Shown here: piece after piece, positions 38,841 to 51,450 of the stretch
How positions within the stretch are numbered: the first letter of the stretch is position 1
Layout: every line of letters starts with the position of its first letter
Assembly: GCA_964016885.1 (NCBI GenBank)
Contig: OZ024746.1
Span: forward strand, 88,288,001 to 88,352,000
Direction: 5' to 3'
DNA length: 64,000 nucleotides
Source: Eledone cirrhosa
Taxonomy: Eukaryota
The notes under the pieces: generated by a model
What the model was told of the DNA's origin: nothing
The model's database searches: none
The model's input: the letters and a program-made list of their open reading frames with translations, nothing else
Translations under genes and position numbers: made by a program

Positions 38841-41800
38841 ATGGCCAATATAAGAGTTGGATGTGTGAATGTACGCGGTCTGGGGATGCCCTGGAAACGG
38901 GGCAAACTCTTAAACGACCTCAGGTCACACAGTATGGATGTAGTAGCCACTTGCGAGTCCAGGATCCACAGCGAGCGGCAACTGGCTCCTATCTTCGACG
39001 ACTTGGAGATCTACACATCTCTCTGTCAGTTGGGAGGTGGGGGCGGGGTTTCTGTTTTGCTGCGGAAACACCAGGACCTCGTAACACAGACGGTACATCT
39101 GGACCCGGAGGGTCGACTAGTGGTCCTAGACGTCGACAGCAGTGATGGTGGAGCCTTCTGACTAGTGGCCGTATATGCCCCTTCCGGGACATCGCGGCAA
39201 GACTTCAAACGTCTGGAGACTTTTTCCGGGAACGTCCCGCTCCTTGCTTTTAGTGGGGACTGGAATGGAATCCTGGATGCACGCTGGAAATATGTAGGGC
39301 ATGTCCCGATAGAGGGGGGTGTAGCAGCCTCAAACAGTCAATCGACCAATTTGAACTGGTCGATAGATATCGACCAGATTTTCCGACTGTGCCACTGTCG
39401 ACGTGGACAAACCAGAGCGGAACATCTAGATCGTACCTACATAGGTTTCTAGTTAGAAATAAGGATAGGGACATGTTAAGCTGTCCACATATGTTCATGG
39501 GTGACTATTCAGATCACAAATTAGTGACCTGCTTAATCAACCTTGATCGACCCATAAATAGGTACCCTGCTACTGGAAGCTGAACTTGTAGTTACCAACG
39601 AGCAAAGCGTACAGTAGTCGAATTAGCACAATCGTTAAGCAAAAGTTGATGGGGGCAATATATAACAACAGGCTGTTGGGCTCTCTCAAGAGAGCAATTA
39701 GATTAGAATCAATAGGATTTAACAAGTCACTAGCGCTAGATAGAGTTAACACAGGAAAAGAACTACTAGATAGAGTAGAAGAGGCGCTTAGGAGCGGTAA
39801 CGTGGGCAACGTGCTGGCGACAAGAACGGCCTTAGACCAGTTATTTTGAGGCGAAGCACGAAGGCTGCGTTGTCAGGAGTAAAACACGTGCTCTAGGAAA
39901 CGAGGTGAACCAAAACTGTTAGCTGGGCCCGAGTAACAGAGGCAACAAGTGGAAACAAGTCCGCGATTCGGTCTTTCAAGGACCATGATGGACGTGTGAT
40001 CCTTGAAATGGAGCGGATGTGCGCGGCCTTTCAGCGGCACTTTGTACGACTGTTCGGGAGGGGCGACGCGCCGGGAGAGACTATGAATTTCGGTCCATAC
40101 CTCGACGATCTGCCGCGGCTCTCGGACGGAGAGGCGAGTCCTGCGAAGGGCCGATTTCAGCCGCTGAAATAGGGGACACGCTGAGCCATTTCGGCAAAAG
40201 CAAATCTCCAGGTCTTGATGGTCTACCATACGAACTTTAAGTAGCTATGCCGGATTCGTTCTCCGATCTCCTCGAGGCGGTCTACTGCAACTGGCAACAG
40301 AACGTGATAATTCCCAGTTCTGTGACCAAGGGCGGAGTCACGCTAGTGAGGAAGGACGAAAACAAGGGGGACCACATAGGTAACTTCAGGCCCATATCTC
40401 TGCTAAATGCAGAGTTAAAGATTTTGCGAATGTGTTAGCGAAGAGGTTGACGCTTGTTGTCGGGAACCTGATAGGAGAAGGGGAGACATGCGCAATCCCG
40501 TCCAGGTCCATACACGACAACCGCCACCTCATGCGAAACATTGTAGACAAGGTAGCGTGTGAACCCGGCTTCGGTGGGGCCCTGATCAACTTTGGATCAA
40601 TCTAAGGCGTTCGATAGAGTCGACCATCTTTACGTGGATGCGGTGCACGCAGCAGCAGGCTTCGGACCCGTTTTCAGGGGCTGGATTGCTGCTATGCACA
40701 GCAGCAACATCTGCTCAAGCGTCAAGGTAAACGGCTACCTATCGGAGCCCTTCCAAATCACGAGATCCATCCGAGAGGGATGCCCTCTCTCGTTCCCTCT
40801 GTATGTACTGGCTCTTGAGCCACTACTGCAGAAGTTGGAGTTGTTGCAGGGGTGCCCTTTGGAATCAGGATTGCGGAAAGCGGTGTCGGCCTACGCCGAT
40901 GATGTGACAGTAATGGTGTCGAGCGCCTCGCAAGTCGGGGAGATCGGCACATTACTGGAGGAATACGAAAGGTTTACAGGAGCCAAGCTAAACCAGGACA
41001 AGTCGGTCGGTTTGCAACTCAGAACGTGGAGACGCAAACCGATGCTCTCCGATGGCGTCGTCGGACGCTGGACAGAGTGACCGGTGAAGCTGCTCGGTGT
41101 CTGGTTCGGAGCAGACCCCCAGGTGGAGAAAAATTGGAACGAGATAACGGCCAAGGTGTTTGCACTCGCCCAGAATTGGGCCGAGTGCAAACTATCCTTG
41201 AAAAGGCGAGTGGAGGTGGCGAACGCTTATATAGCGTCCGTCATCTACTACCGCTTGACCGTCGTGCCTTGTCCAGCGAAAACGGTCCCCAGAATGGACC
41301 GCGCGTTCTTCCAATTCCTCTGAAAGAAGTGGGAACCGTTGGTGAGAAGATCCATCTGCTGTCAACACCCTTCTAACGGAGTGCTGGGGATGCCGTGGCT
41401 GAAGATGCGTAAACACGCATAAGGGCTACGGTACCTCCACGTATTCTTCACCGGTAAACCGATGTCGGCCTCGATTGTGAGGTGAGCCTTTCCACGACTC
41501 GTCTCGCTCACCGTGCTGCAACCCTGGGTCAAGCAAAGACCGAGAAAAGTGGGCACCTGGCACATTGATTGTGCCCAGGCGCTCACGGCACTCTGGCAAG
41601 CGGACCCTGCAATTTGTGTAAACTCCACCTCAACATTCTATAAAGGGTTGATTCGCAGCAAGTGCGACGACGCTCTCGGAGGAGGATGAACTAGCCAGTC
41701 TGTTCGGTAGGACGTTCGGCCCGGGACCGATGGACAACTTTCAAAATATCCATGGCTTGGCAGTGCTACCAAGGAACTCTATTCGTTCGGGACAAGCTCT

Positions 41801-42258
41801 ACAGACACGGGCGCGCGGGCCGGGACCCTTCGAAAATGATCTGTCCGAGAAGCGTGCGCGACCAGGAAACCGTCACGCACGCAACCGTACACTGCCCGGG
41901 CGTTACCGACCTGTTGGGCTATGTAGAACGACTATTGTCACGGCTGGGACCAATCCGGTTGACCACCGAGTCCATTGTCATGATCGAACTGCCAAACCCG
42001 TTCAAAAACGAAGGAGAGGCGGTCTTCCCCTGTGTTATGGCTATGGCGAAAGGGGTTATATGGTGGACGAGATTGAAAGGGATGAGGTCAGAAACCTATC
42101 TCTCCGGCCAACAACTGGTTCTTGTTTTCAAATATCATTTTGGAAGAAGAATCAGGATGGAGAGAGAGGTGCTGTACAGCAGCAAATTGTATGAAAGGTT
42201 GGTGAAAGTGGCGAAAAGGGCCCGAGTGAATGGGCCTTCTCTCTATATAAGCCGGTAG
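38841..42258 (+). pseudogene. ORF2 APE endonuclease and reverse transcriptase (frameshifted)
   Basis: CVNVRGL, VYAP, GDWN, SDH, KSPGLDGLP, NFRPISLLN, DQSKAFDRVDH, REGCPLS and YADD motifs. Confidence 0.93.
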
Positions 42259-42543
42259 GTTGAGGAAGGGGAGAAAGAAGAGAGGAAGGGAGCACTCGCT
42301 CTTTGTGTTCCTGAAGAGGGGGGTTGCACATGTTTTCGGGGGTGTGTGTAACTCCTGTTAACGCCCCCTCCCTATTGACGCTATCGATTGTTTGTATTTA
42401 ATTGTCATTACCTGTTTACTCGATTTTATATATGCAAACTCCCCCCTTTGTATTTGTTCCAATCTTTAGCGCTCTCGTAGCGAATAAAGAAACCTATCTA
42501 TCTATATCTATCTATCTATGTATCCCTCTCTCTCTCTCTCTAG

Positions 42544-42700
<157 letters not shown>

Positions 42701-42894
42701 TAGAGCTATATATATATATAGAGAGAGAGAGAGATAGAGCTATATATAGAGAGAGAGATACATAGATAGATAGATATAGATAGGTGTTTCTTTGTTCGCT
42801 TCGATATATATATATGAAGTATTTCCGTAGGAAGAGTAACCGAAAGGAGAGTACTCTATGTATGCTACAGAGCTGTTTAAACATGTAATAAACA

Positions 42895-43112
42895 AAACAA
42901 TACAATTATTCCATTTACCAAAGGTTTCGCGAAGACAGGCGAGCTCAACAGAGACGTCTGAAATCGTTCATCAGAAGAACAGATTTAATATGGATATATC
43001 ATATTAAATGGATATATTCATATTAAATGTATCCTTCTGATGAACGATTTCAGACGTCTCTATTGACCTCGCATGTCTTCGTGAAACCTGAGGGAAATAT
43101 AATAATCATATT
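42895..43112. repeat. Inverted pair of hammerhead-bearing PLE tails
   Basis: Minus 42908-42980 reads CTGATGA acga...tcgc GAAA cc-ttt-gg TA. The plus copy has CTGATGA at 43037 and GAAA at 43083, with the cleavage triplet mutated to GGA. Confidence 0.8.
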
Positions 43113-43142
43113 GTGTTGTTTATTACACACACGCACACAGAG

Positions 43143-43208
<66 letters not shown>

Positions 43209-43214
43209 TAAAAA

Positions 43215-43245
<31 letters not shown>

Positions 43246-43581
43246 TAGTAAAGTAAAGTGAAAGGAGGCAAAATAGGTTGATTATCCTTAATTACCTATT
43301 TATGCAAACATTATGCACATTTCAGTGGCCTGGTTGCATGAGAACCCGGTGACATCTTCGGGTGTAAATTGAATAATAGATGTATGCCAACGGAATGATG
43401 GTAAGCACATTCCATGAGGCTTGAAGGAAAAAAGCATAGACAACACAAACAGAGAATAAAAAAAGTCTGTTTATGCTTTTGACCCAGAGATGATCAAAGA
43501 AGCATGCTGTTGTTACGCCCCGTCGTTTCTTCAGAATGACCAGTGGTAATTCACCAAATTTAAATATATATATATATTAAG

Positions 43582-43687
<106 letters not shown>

Positions 43688-43689
43688 TC

Positions 43690-43787
<98 letters not shown>

Positions 43788-44491
43788 TATATATACATGT
43801 ATAAAACTCGGGAGATATGTGATCAAATGACATCAAAATACATTAGAAGTTCTTGATTTCTTTTATTCTATATCGGAGCTAAATGAAGTGGAATTGATCG
43901 GTATCTGTTCTTTCAAATATGTATGCTTTTTCCAGACTGACAAATGTAATGAAAATATGAAATATTTCATGAAATATTTTCACAATTACGCTATTTTTGG
44001 AAAATTCTGTAATGTTTGCTGAAGTGTGAGATTGTAAAGAATTTTTCTCTAAATATCTTTCTATTTTCAGATAGTTTTGATTTCAAATATGCACCGTTAA
44101 TCTATTTTGATATATTCTTTCCACAAAAAGGAAATTGGTCTATAGAGGAAGTTTACACAGTCAAATATTTGTTTAGAAAATGTTGGATATTGAATTGTAT
44201 TTTTGATAGGACATTCCCAACAATATATACATATAGATGCACGTCGTTATGGACTAAGTAAGTTCCAAAATGTATGTTCCCATAAAACGACTGGTATATA
44301 AGGACAGTGGGTGTAAATATAAAAGCAGAATACACTGATTAAAGAGACGGACGCACGTACACACACACACACACACACATTCACACACATATACGAACAC
44401 ACAAACATACACACATATATATAAACATACATATATATAAATATATATATATATTTATTAAAATAACAGATTAAAGTTTAAGCAAACTCCC

Positions 44492-44540
44492 GTTTCAGAA
44501 GATCCCGTTATGGGTGAAAGCAGAGATTCCTTGCTTAAAC
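44492..44540 (+). ncRNA. Type I hammerhead, CAGAAGA family
   Basis: gttt CAGAAGA tcccgttatgggt GAAA gcag-agattcc-ttgc TT aaac. It is preceded by an inverted copy of its own 3' flank (about 44452-44484). Confidence 0.65.
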
Positions 44541-44659
44541 TTTAATCTGTTATTTTAATAAATATTTACTCTATGGTTCTCATATATTTGATATGTATTT
44601 GTCCGTATTGTGCCCTCTTTGAATTTTAGTTTTCAAGTTTATTATTATTACTATATATA

Positions 44660-44718
<59 letters not shown>

Positions 44719-44746
44719 ATAATAATAAATTATAGCAGGAAGGTAT

Positions 44747-44789
44747 ACGATGCTGACGATAGCTAATAAGCTTGAAACTAGTACATCGT
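44747..44789 (+). ncRNA. Minimal type I hammerhead ribozyme
   Basis: acgatg CTGACGA t agct-aata-agct t GAAA ctag TA catcgt, with a 6-bp helix I, palindromic helix III and GUA triplet. Confidence 0.9.
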
Positions 44790-44919
44790 TCCTGTGTCAG
44801 TGTTGAACAAAATGGTGACGTGGTTGCCTAAACACTGTACGGCGTAATTCGGGCTCTTTGTTTGTTTCCAAACAACCAAACCGAGCATTATATTAAATGT
44901 GTATATATGTGTGTGCATG

Positions 44920-44990
<71 letters not shown>

Positions 44991-45198
44991 TACTGTACGT
45001 CTGTATACATATATGTATGTACGTATACATACATACATACTTACATTTAAGTAAGTGCCGTGAAATATGTGAGAAATATAATTTCTTTTCATTCTATTCC
45101 ATTTATATATATATATATATATATATAAATATACACCCTCACACATATTTATCATATATATGAAGAAAAAATAGGTAATGCTTTGTCTATTCTTTCTT

Positions 45199-45244
<46 letters not shown>

Positions 45245-45249
<5 letters not shown>

Positions 45250-47435
45250 ATATACGGTGGTAGAACACTAGGCGGTAATATCCATAGTGGTAGAGCTCTT
45301 AGTCCATGGGATGAGTTAGGTAGAAGTGGTTACCCAACAGTTAGTTCATCATACGCAGAACAATTGTTTCACCTTAGCGGATCCTCAGCTCGTAATGGAC
45401 ATGGTTATACGGAACAGGAAGGACAACCGTACCAACGCGCATGCACAGAAACGATCACTTCATACAAGCAATACTACATTGCATGCGAGAGCTGTAAGCG
45501 AGATAACTGCGAAAGTCCGAAAGTTTCTGGTTGATAAGAAAATTAGGATGCTTTGTAGTTATATGAGAGGTGTAGAAAATCCGGAGCTTTGTAGTTATAT
45601 GAGAGGTGTTTCCAGACGTGTGGACAACGTGTGAAGAATTCATTACTCGTGTTTAGGCAATCACTATTGCGTAATCTCTTTAGAATATTTATTCGTTCCT
45701 CAATACATAGTCCACACGACTCATTTCCCCTTGCGTATGGCTTGGACTTAGTGATGACTTTCCATTGAATTGAGTTGTCTATACTTGAGTCCTTGAGGGA
45801 CCATACGTGGCTCGAGAGATTCGTTGATGAACGTCTGTCCGGGTACCTAAAGGTCGATTTGTGGTTCAGGAAGGGTTCCTTCAATCGGCCCTCCGCCATA
45901 CCCACATACCATTTGACCTCCTGTGTTTGATTTGGTCGGTTGGAAGTGACCACAGCTTCATAAACTATAGCGGGTGTGTTGCATTGCTGTTGCAGGTGAC
46001 AAACTTCGGGCTACGGCAAGAGCACCCTGTTGCGTAACCACTTCTACCCAACTCGTCCCATGGACTGAGTGCTCTACCACTACGGATATTACATCCCAGT
46101 GTTCTACCACTATATACGTCTCCAGCAACGGTCAGCAGATTCTTTCCACTACGTAGAAGTTTGGCTTTTAGCAGATTCTTCACCACGTGCGAGTTTGGCT
46201 TCCTACCCTGTGAGCGCTCTCTCTATCCTCTTGTCCTACACATTGTTGTGTCTCATCAACGCCAGTATGGATTAATACGCACTGGATTACTCCCTGAAGA
46301 ACATTCCAACTACCTCCAACCATGTTTACCAAAAGCTTCTCCCATAAATAGCGGAAGATGTCGCCAGACGCTTAAGATGGTGATCCCTAGCTTTTGACAT
46401 CAAAATTACAGGCACCCGTTACACCTTCAACCTGAAATCGAGAGCCTACCCTCCTAAGGTAACTGAAATTGGTCATTTCGAGGCGGACCTTCTTGACTTA
46501 GTCGCTAACAATTCCTTTCGCAAACACCTTAACACATTTCAAACTAAATTTAGAAATGATATTAAGAAATTTAGGTCTTCTAATAACACTTTCTTTCTTT
46601 CCGACAAAACAAATAATATTTACGAAGTCGACAACACCACTTACCGCCACTTGGCCCATAGTGCTATTACTTCCAAATATAAGAAAGCTAACCCTATGGT
46701 CTACCACGACATTAATACAGAAGCCAAAGAACTTGCCGCAGCCCTTAAGATAGATAAGAAGCTACAATCTGTAGCTAAGCGGGAGGCGTTCCTCACCCTA
46801 AAAAATCACAAGGTAGACTTTATTTCTAATCCCACATGTAGACTAATAAAACGGGCACACACAAATATGGGACTAGTCAGTAAGGACATATTTAGAAATA
46901 TAGTTAAGACCATTAGGACCACGTCCAACCTGTCCCACTGGGAGAAAAGCGAGTCCTTAATTAAGTGATTTAACTCCTTCAAATCCAAAAAAGCGAAGTT
47001 CACACAGTTTGACATTATTGACTTTTACTCGTCGATCTCAGAGACCCTGATAAACAAAGCGTTGGACTTTGCTACCACTTACACTACCGTCGATGGTTTA
47101 GATAGGGAAATCATCGCTCACTGCCGGAAACCCTCCACTTCGACAACGGAGTAGCCTGGGCAAAGAATTCAACAACTTCAAACCTATTGGACGTCTCCAT
47201 GGGATCGTTTGACAGTGCTGACGAATGGGACTTGGTTAGCCTATTTATTTTAGACATATTACGTGTTAGATTCCCGGACTTCCACACGGGAATATACCGC
47301 GACGATGGACTGATCTTATCGAGCCATAAAAGTGCTCATGACCTCGACCGGTTTAAAAAAGACTTAGCTTCTACCTTCAATGTGTTAGGACTTAGGATAA
47401 CAGTAGCTATCACCCTGTCTAGCGTAGATTTCTAA
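45245..47435 (+). mobile_element. Penelope-like element with inverted 3' segment
   Basis: Plus strand from about 46267: DYSLKNIP, AFLTLKNHKVDF, FDIIDFYSSI, MGSFDSA, IYRDDGL. Minus 45543-45960 encodes GIY-YIG. pLTR piece 46031-46115 is inverted at 45250-45325. Confidence 0.88.
45543..45960 (-). pseudogene. PLE GIY-YIG endonuclease fragment
   Basis: WYVGMAE, STNLSSHVWSLK, IQWKVI, CGLCIEE, CLN and CPH motifs. Confidence 0.88.
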
Positions 47436-47765
47436 TATTCCCTGTTGGCACGCTAACTAAGGTAATTGGTGATGCTTGTGAGGGCTCTTTCTTGTTCCAG
47501 CACCACAGCCTCGCCATCAACCGGGGCAATGCTGTGAGCGTCCTGATTTGCCTCACTGGTCCTCCTGATGTTGTTAACTTTTGCTCTGGTAGCTGCTCGT
47601 CTTTCAACTCTATTCGCCTGTCGTTTGTTGTATGTGGTCCTAGACATGTGTGCTACCTGCTTCTGTCTTTTCCCCCTTTCTTTTCCTCTGCCCTTTCCTG
47701 TGCATATATTTATTTGTCTTCGTATACGTGTTTACTTTGTGTAATCATTATATGATTATATTATA

Positions 47766-47955
47766 GGGCGGTGGATTGGCAGTATCGGTAGAGTGTCGAA
47801 CGCCATGTATCCAGCATAGTTACGTCTCTTTACGATCTGAGTTCAAATCCCGCCGAGGTTGACTTTCCCTTTCATCCTTACGGGGTCGATAAAATAAAGT
47901 ACCAGCAATGCACTGGTTGAATTGCAGGCCTTGTGCCTAAAGTAGAAACAATTAT
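47766..47955 (+). mobile_element. Family 1 SINE
   Basis: Full consensus match. Confidence 0.9.
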
Positions 47956-49097
47956 ATAATTATATTTTATATATATATATAAATGTATGTATATGTACAT
48001 ACTCACACGTACACATAGTCACTCTATCTCTTTGTATTTCTCTCTTTACACACTATCTCTTTCTTTCTCGCTCTGTCTATATTTATGTATGGTAGTTGAA
48101 GTGATGGTGGTGGTGGTGATGTACCGGAAGTTGAAATTTGAAACCTTTAAAAAAAAGTGGATCTTGAAATAAGCAATACATTAAATTATGCTTAATCATT
48201 TGTTACAACATTTAGTAGATAAATTATATATGTGTGTATATCTATCTATATATGTATGTGTATATCTATATTTATATATATATATACATATATGTGTGTA
48301 TATATATCTATACATGTGTGTATATCTCTATATATATATGTATGTGTATATCTATATATATATATATATATATATGTGTGTATATATATCTATATATGTG
48401 TGTATATCTATCTATATATGTATGTGTGTATATCTATCTATATGTGTATGGGTATATCTATATATGTGTGTGTGTGATACAAACTATCACACACAACACA
48501 GTACAGCGTTCCTAGCGTGTAAACTAGAAACTAAGGGGAGGCAATCGAAATAGATTTCAACAAATGAAACGCAGCAAAATCTGCCAACCAAAAATAACGA
48601 CTATGTATATAAGTAGTGTTAGAGGTAGAGTGATAGAGAACGAGAGACGAATGTAAAAGATACATAAAGGTAATGAGAGAGAGATATTTAGATAGAGATA
48701 AAGGAAAGGAAGTTAATGAGTGATAGAAAGAGATTACATAACGATATAGGGAGGGAAAGGAACGGGAAAGTAATCCAACTTATTTTACTAACAGGACAAA
48801 AAATATAAAACGGACACGGCTCCGCACGTCTCCCTTTATTACATTGTAATTTGAAAGTTCTAGCTGAATTTCTAATAAGTATAAAATGAGCTTAATGGAA
48901 GTGAAGATACAATTAAAATATGTAAATCGGAAATATTTATTATATCAAGTTGACACATATATACATACATATATATATATATACATATATAGATATATAC
49001 TTATATATACATATGTATATATACATGCGTATATATACGTATATATGCATATGTATATATACATATGTATAAACACATACGTATATATCCATATATG

Positions 49098-49149
<52 letters not shown>

Positions 49150-49156
<7 letters not shown>

Positions 49157-49293
49157 GTCGCAACACTGATTTTCTTGTTTCTGTGATAAATATATATATA
49201 TAACAAATAAGGTGTGGTGAGATACCAGGTGGAACATGGCGCACCAGAGTACTATCTCTCTCTCTGTCTCTCTCTCACTTTATATATATATAT

Positions 49294-49369
<76 letters not shown>

Positions 49370-49418
49370 TACTCTGTTGCGCCATGGTTCACCTGGTATC
49401 TCACAACACCTTATTTGT

Positions 49419-49449
<31 letters not shown>

Positions 49450-50004
49450 CACAGAAAAAAGAAAATCAGTGTTACGACGAAAGCAATTTATTGGACATAT
49501 TACAATTGTTTGTCGGGCGACCAGCTCGAGGCACGATCGATGTGGTGATGAACCTGACTCTGAAATCGCGGGTTCCTAGGATACGTCTCGTTTCTACGAA
49601 CCAACATTTCCTATTATCCTTTAACATCTAATTCCTTCGTTTCTTAATTACTTTCGTCGCAACACTGATTCTCTTTTTTCTTTGATATCATACACTGCTC
49701 TAGGGGGGCATCGAGTGCTCAACGGCCTACCGAAAACGAAGGAATTCGATGTTAAAGGACAATAGGATAATCTTCTTCGTAGAATCGAGACGTATCCGAG
49801 AACCGCGGGATTTCAGATTAAGGTTTGATCACCACATCGATCGCGCCTCGAGTTTGTCTACCGAAAAACAATTCTGATATGTCAAATAAATTCCTTCCGT
49901 CGCAACACTGATTCTCATTGTTCTGTGATATCATACTCTGCTATAGGAGGGCATCGAGTGCTCATACGGGCTGTTGCATACGGACGCTTTGAGCATCCAG
50001 CACC

Positions 50005-50005
<1 letters not shown>
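49150..50005. repeat. Nested inverted and direct repeat complex (PLE pLTR-like)
   Basis: 49155-49260 is inverted at 49360-49480 around (TC)/(GA)n. 49445-49642 is inverted at 49733-49930. 49655-49725 is repeated directly at 49897-49970. Confidence 0.85.
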
Positions 50006-50044
<39 letters not shown>

Positions 50045-50146
50045 CTGTATATATATATAGATATATATATATACAGGTATATATAAATATATACATATAT
50101 ACACACACACAAACAGTTATATATACATAGGGATATATACACACAT

Positions 50147-50196
<50 letters not shown>

Positions 50197-50225
50197 ATTA
50201 CAGTCACACACATAGATACAGATAA

Positions 50226-50318
<93 letters not shown>

Positions 50319-50445
50319 ACAATTGAACAGGAACAAAACAGAGAGGCAGTACGAACAAAGGTTTATTAGTTTCACACTCTTGAGAGTAGGGGAGTGGTTA
50401 TATATATATATATATACACCCACATATACACATACATATCTCTCT

Positions 50446-50490
<45 letters not shown>

Positions 50491-50715
50491 TACACACCAA
50501 AGGTGACGTTGACAGCCAAGCTGTCGCCAAATAGATCGCTATCTATTTAGTTGACACAAGATTCATTGAATGAGGGTGTTTGTTGTAATGGTTGTGGTGG
50601 CGTTGATGGGGATGAGAGCATTGTGATGGAGGGAGGGGCACTATGATAGGGGGTGTGGTGGTGGGAGGAGTATTTAAAGGAGACTGGGAGCTTAAAGCTT
50701 GACTGAATCAGAGAG

Positions 50716-50765
<50 letters not shown>

Positions 50766-50795
50766 GGATATATATATATAGGGATATATATATCC

Positions 50796-50837
<42 letters not shown>

Positions 50838-51069
50838 GTGGTAACATATTATTGTTATAGGTGGACCACTTAAGTGTAGTCCAGTTATGGTACTCCAGGT
50901 AGTGGATGATATCAAAGCTTGGCTAAGTTTGACTCAACAAGGCTTTTCCATAGTGATGTTGCGAGTACGCTGTAATTCCCATGTTGTAAACACTTGGAGT
51001 AATGATAAACCAGGAAAGAGGAGTGACACGGGTTGCTATACAAAAAAGGTTTTTAATCTCATTGCTGAC

Positions 51070-51070
<1 letters not shown>
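50838..51070 (-). mobile_element. Solo PLE tail related to 7981-8205
   Basis: Clear similarity to 7985-8205. (TA)n on both sides. Confidence 0.8.
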
Positions 51071-51113
<43 letters not shown>

Positions 51114-51172
51114 CCTTGAAATATATTCTTTAAGGGTATGTCAATATTTATTTATAAAACTGATCTATATTA

Positions 51173-51237
51173 TATTTTATCTGATGAAACCGCACCATAA
51201 TTTAACTTGGTGTCCTTGAAATATGTATAATGACATA
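51173..51237 (+). ncRNA. Type I hammerhead, same family as 22567
   Basis: tattttat CTGATGA aaccgcacca...tggtgtcctt GAAA tatgta TA atgacata. The flanks match 22530-22760. Confidence 0.75.
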
Positions 51238-51365
51238 AATATGGTTTTATAAAAATATAGTTTCCATTTGTTAATATATCGTATATTTACTACAATAATT
51301 TGAGTGCTTTATATCAGTTATAAAAATATTTGCTTGTTGTATCCCAACAATTTAAATATAACGTC

Positions 51366-51450
<85 letters not shown>

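Larger units (their letters stand above)
36856..42493 (+). mobile_element. Near-full-length Tx1/L1-clade LINE
   Basis: A/C-rich ORF1 region (37008-38785) followed by ORF2 with APE, RT and CCHC. Both ends are in (CTAT)n. Confidence 0.88.

Noticed and set aside
46267-47435. Selenocysteine recoding as in Naiad PLEs
   Set aside because: The stops are mixed TAA/TGA with frameshifts, and the TGAs seen are not at Cys-like positions, so this is ordinary decay.
51108-51130. Second hammerhead upstream of 51173
   Set aside because: Only gtgtccttGAAAtatatt remains. It is a short duplication with no CUGANGA.
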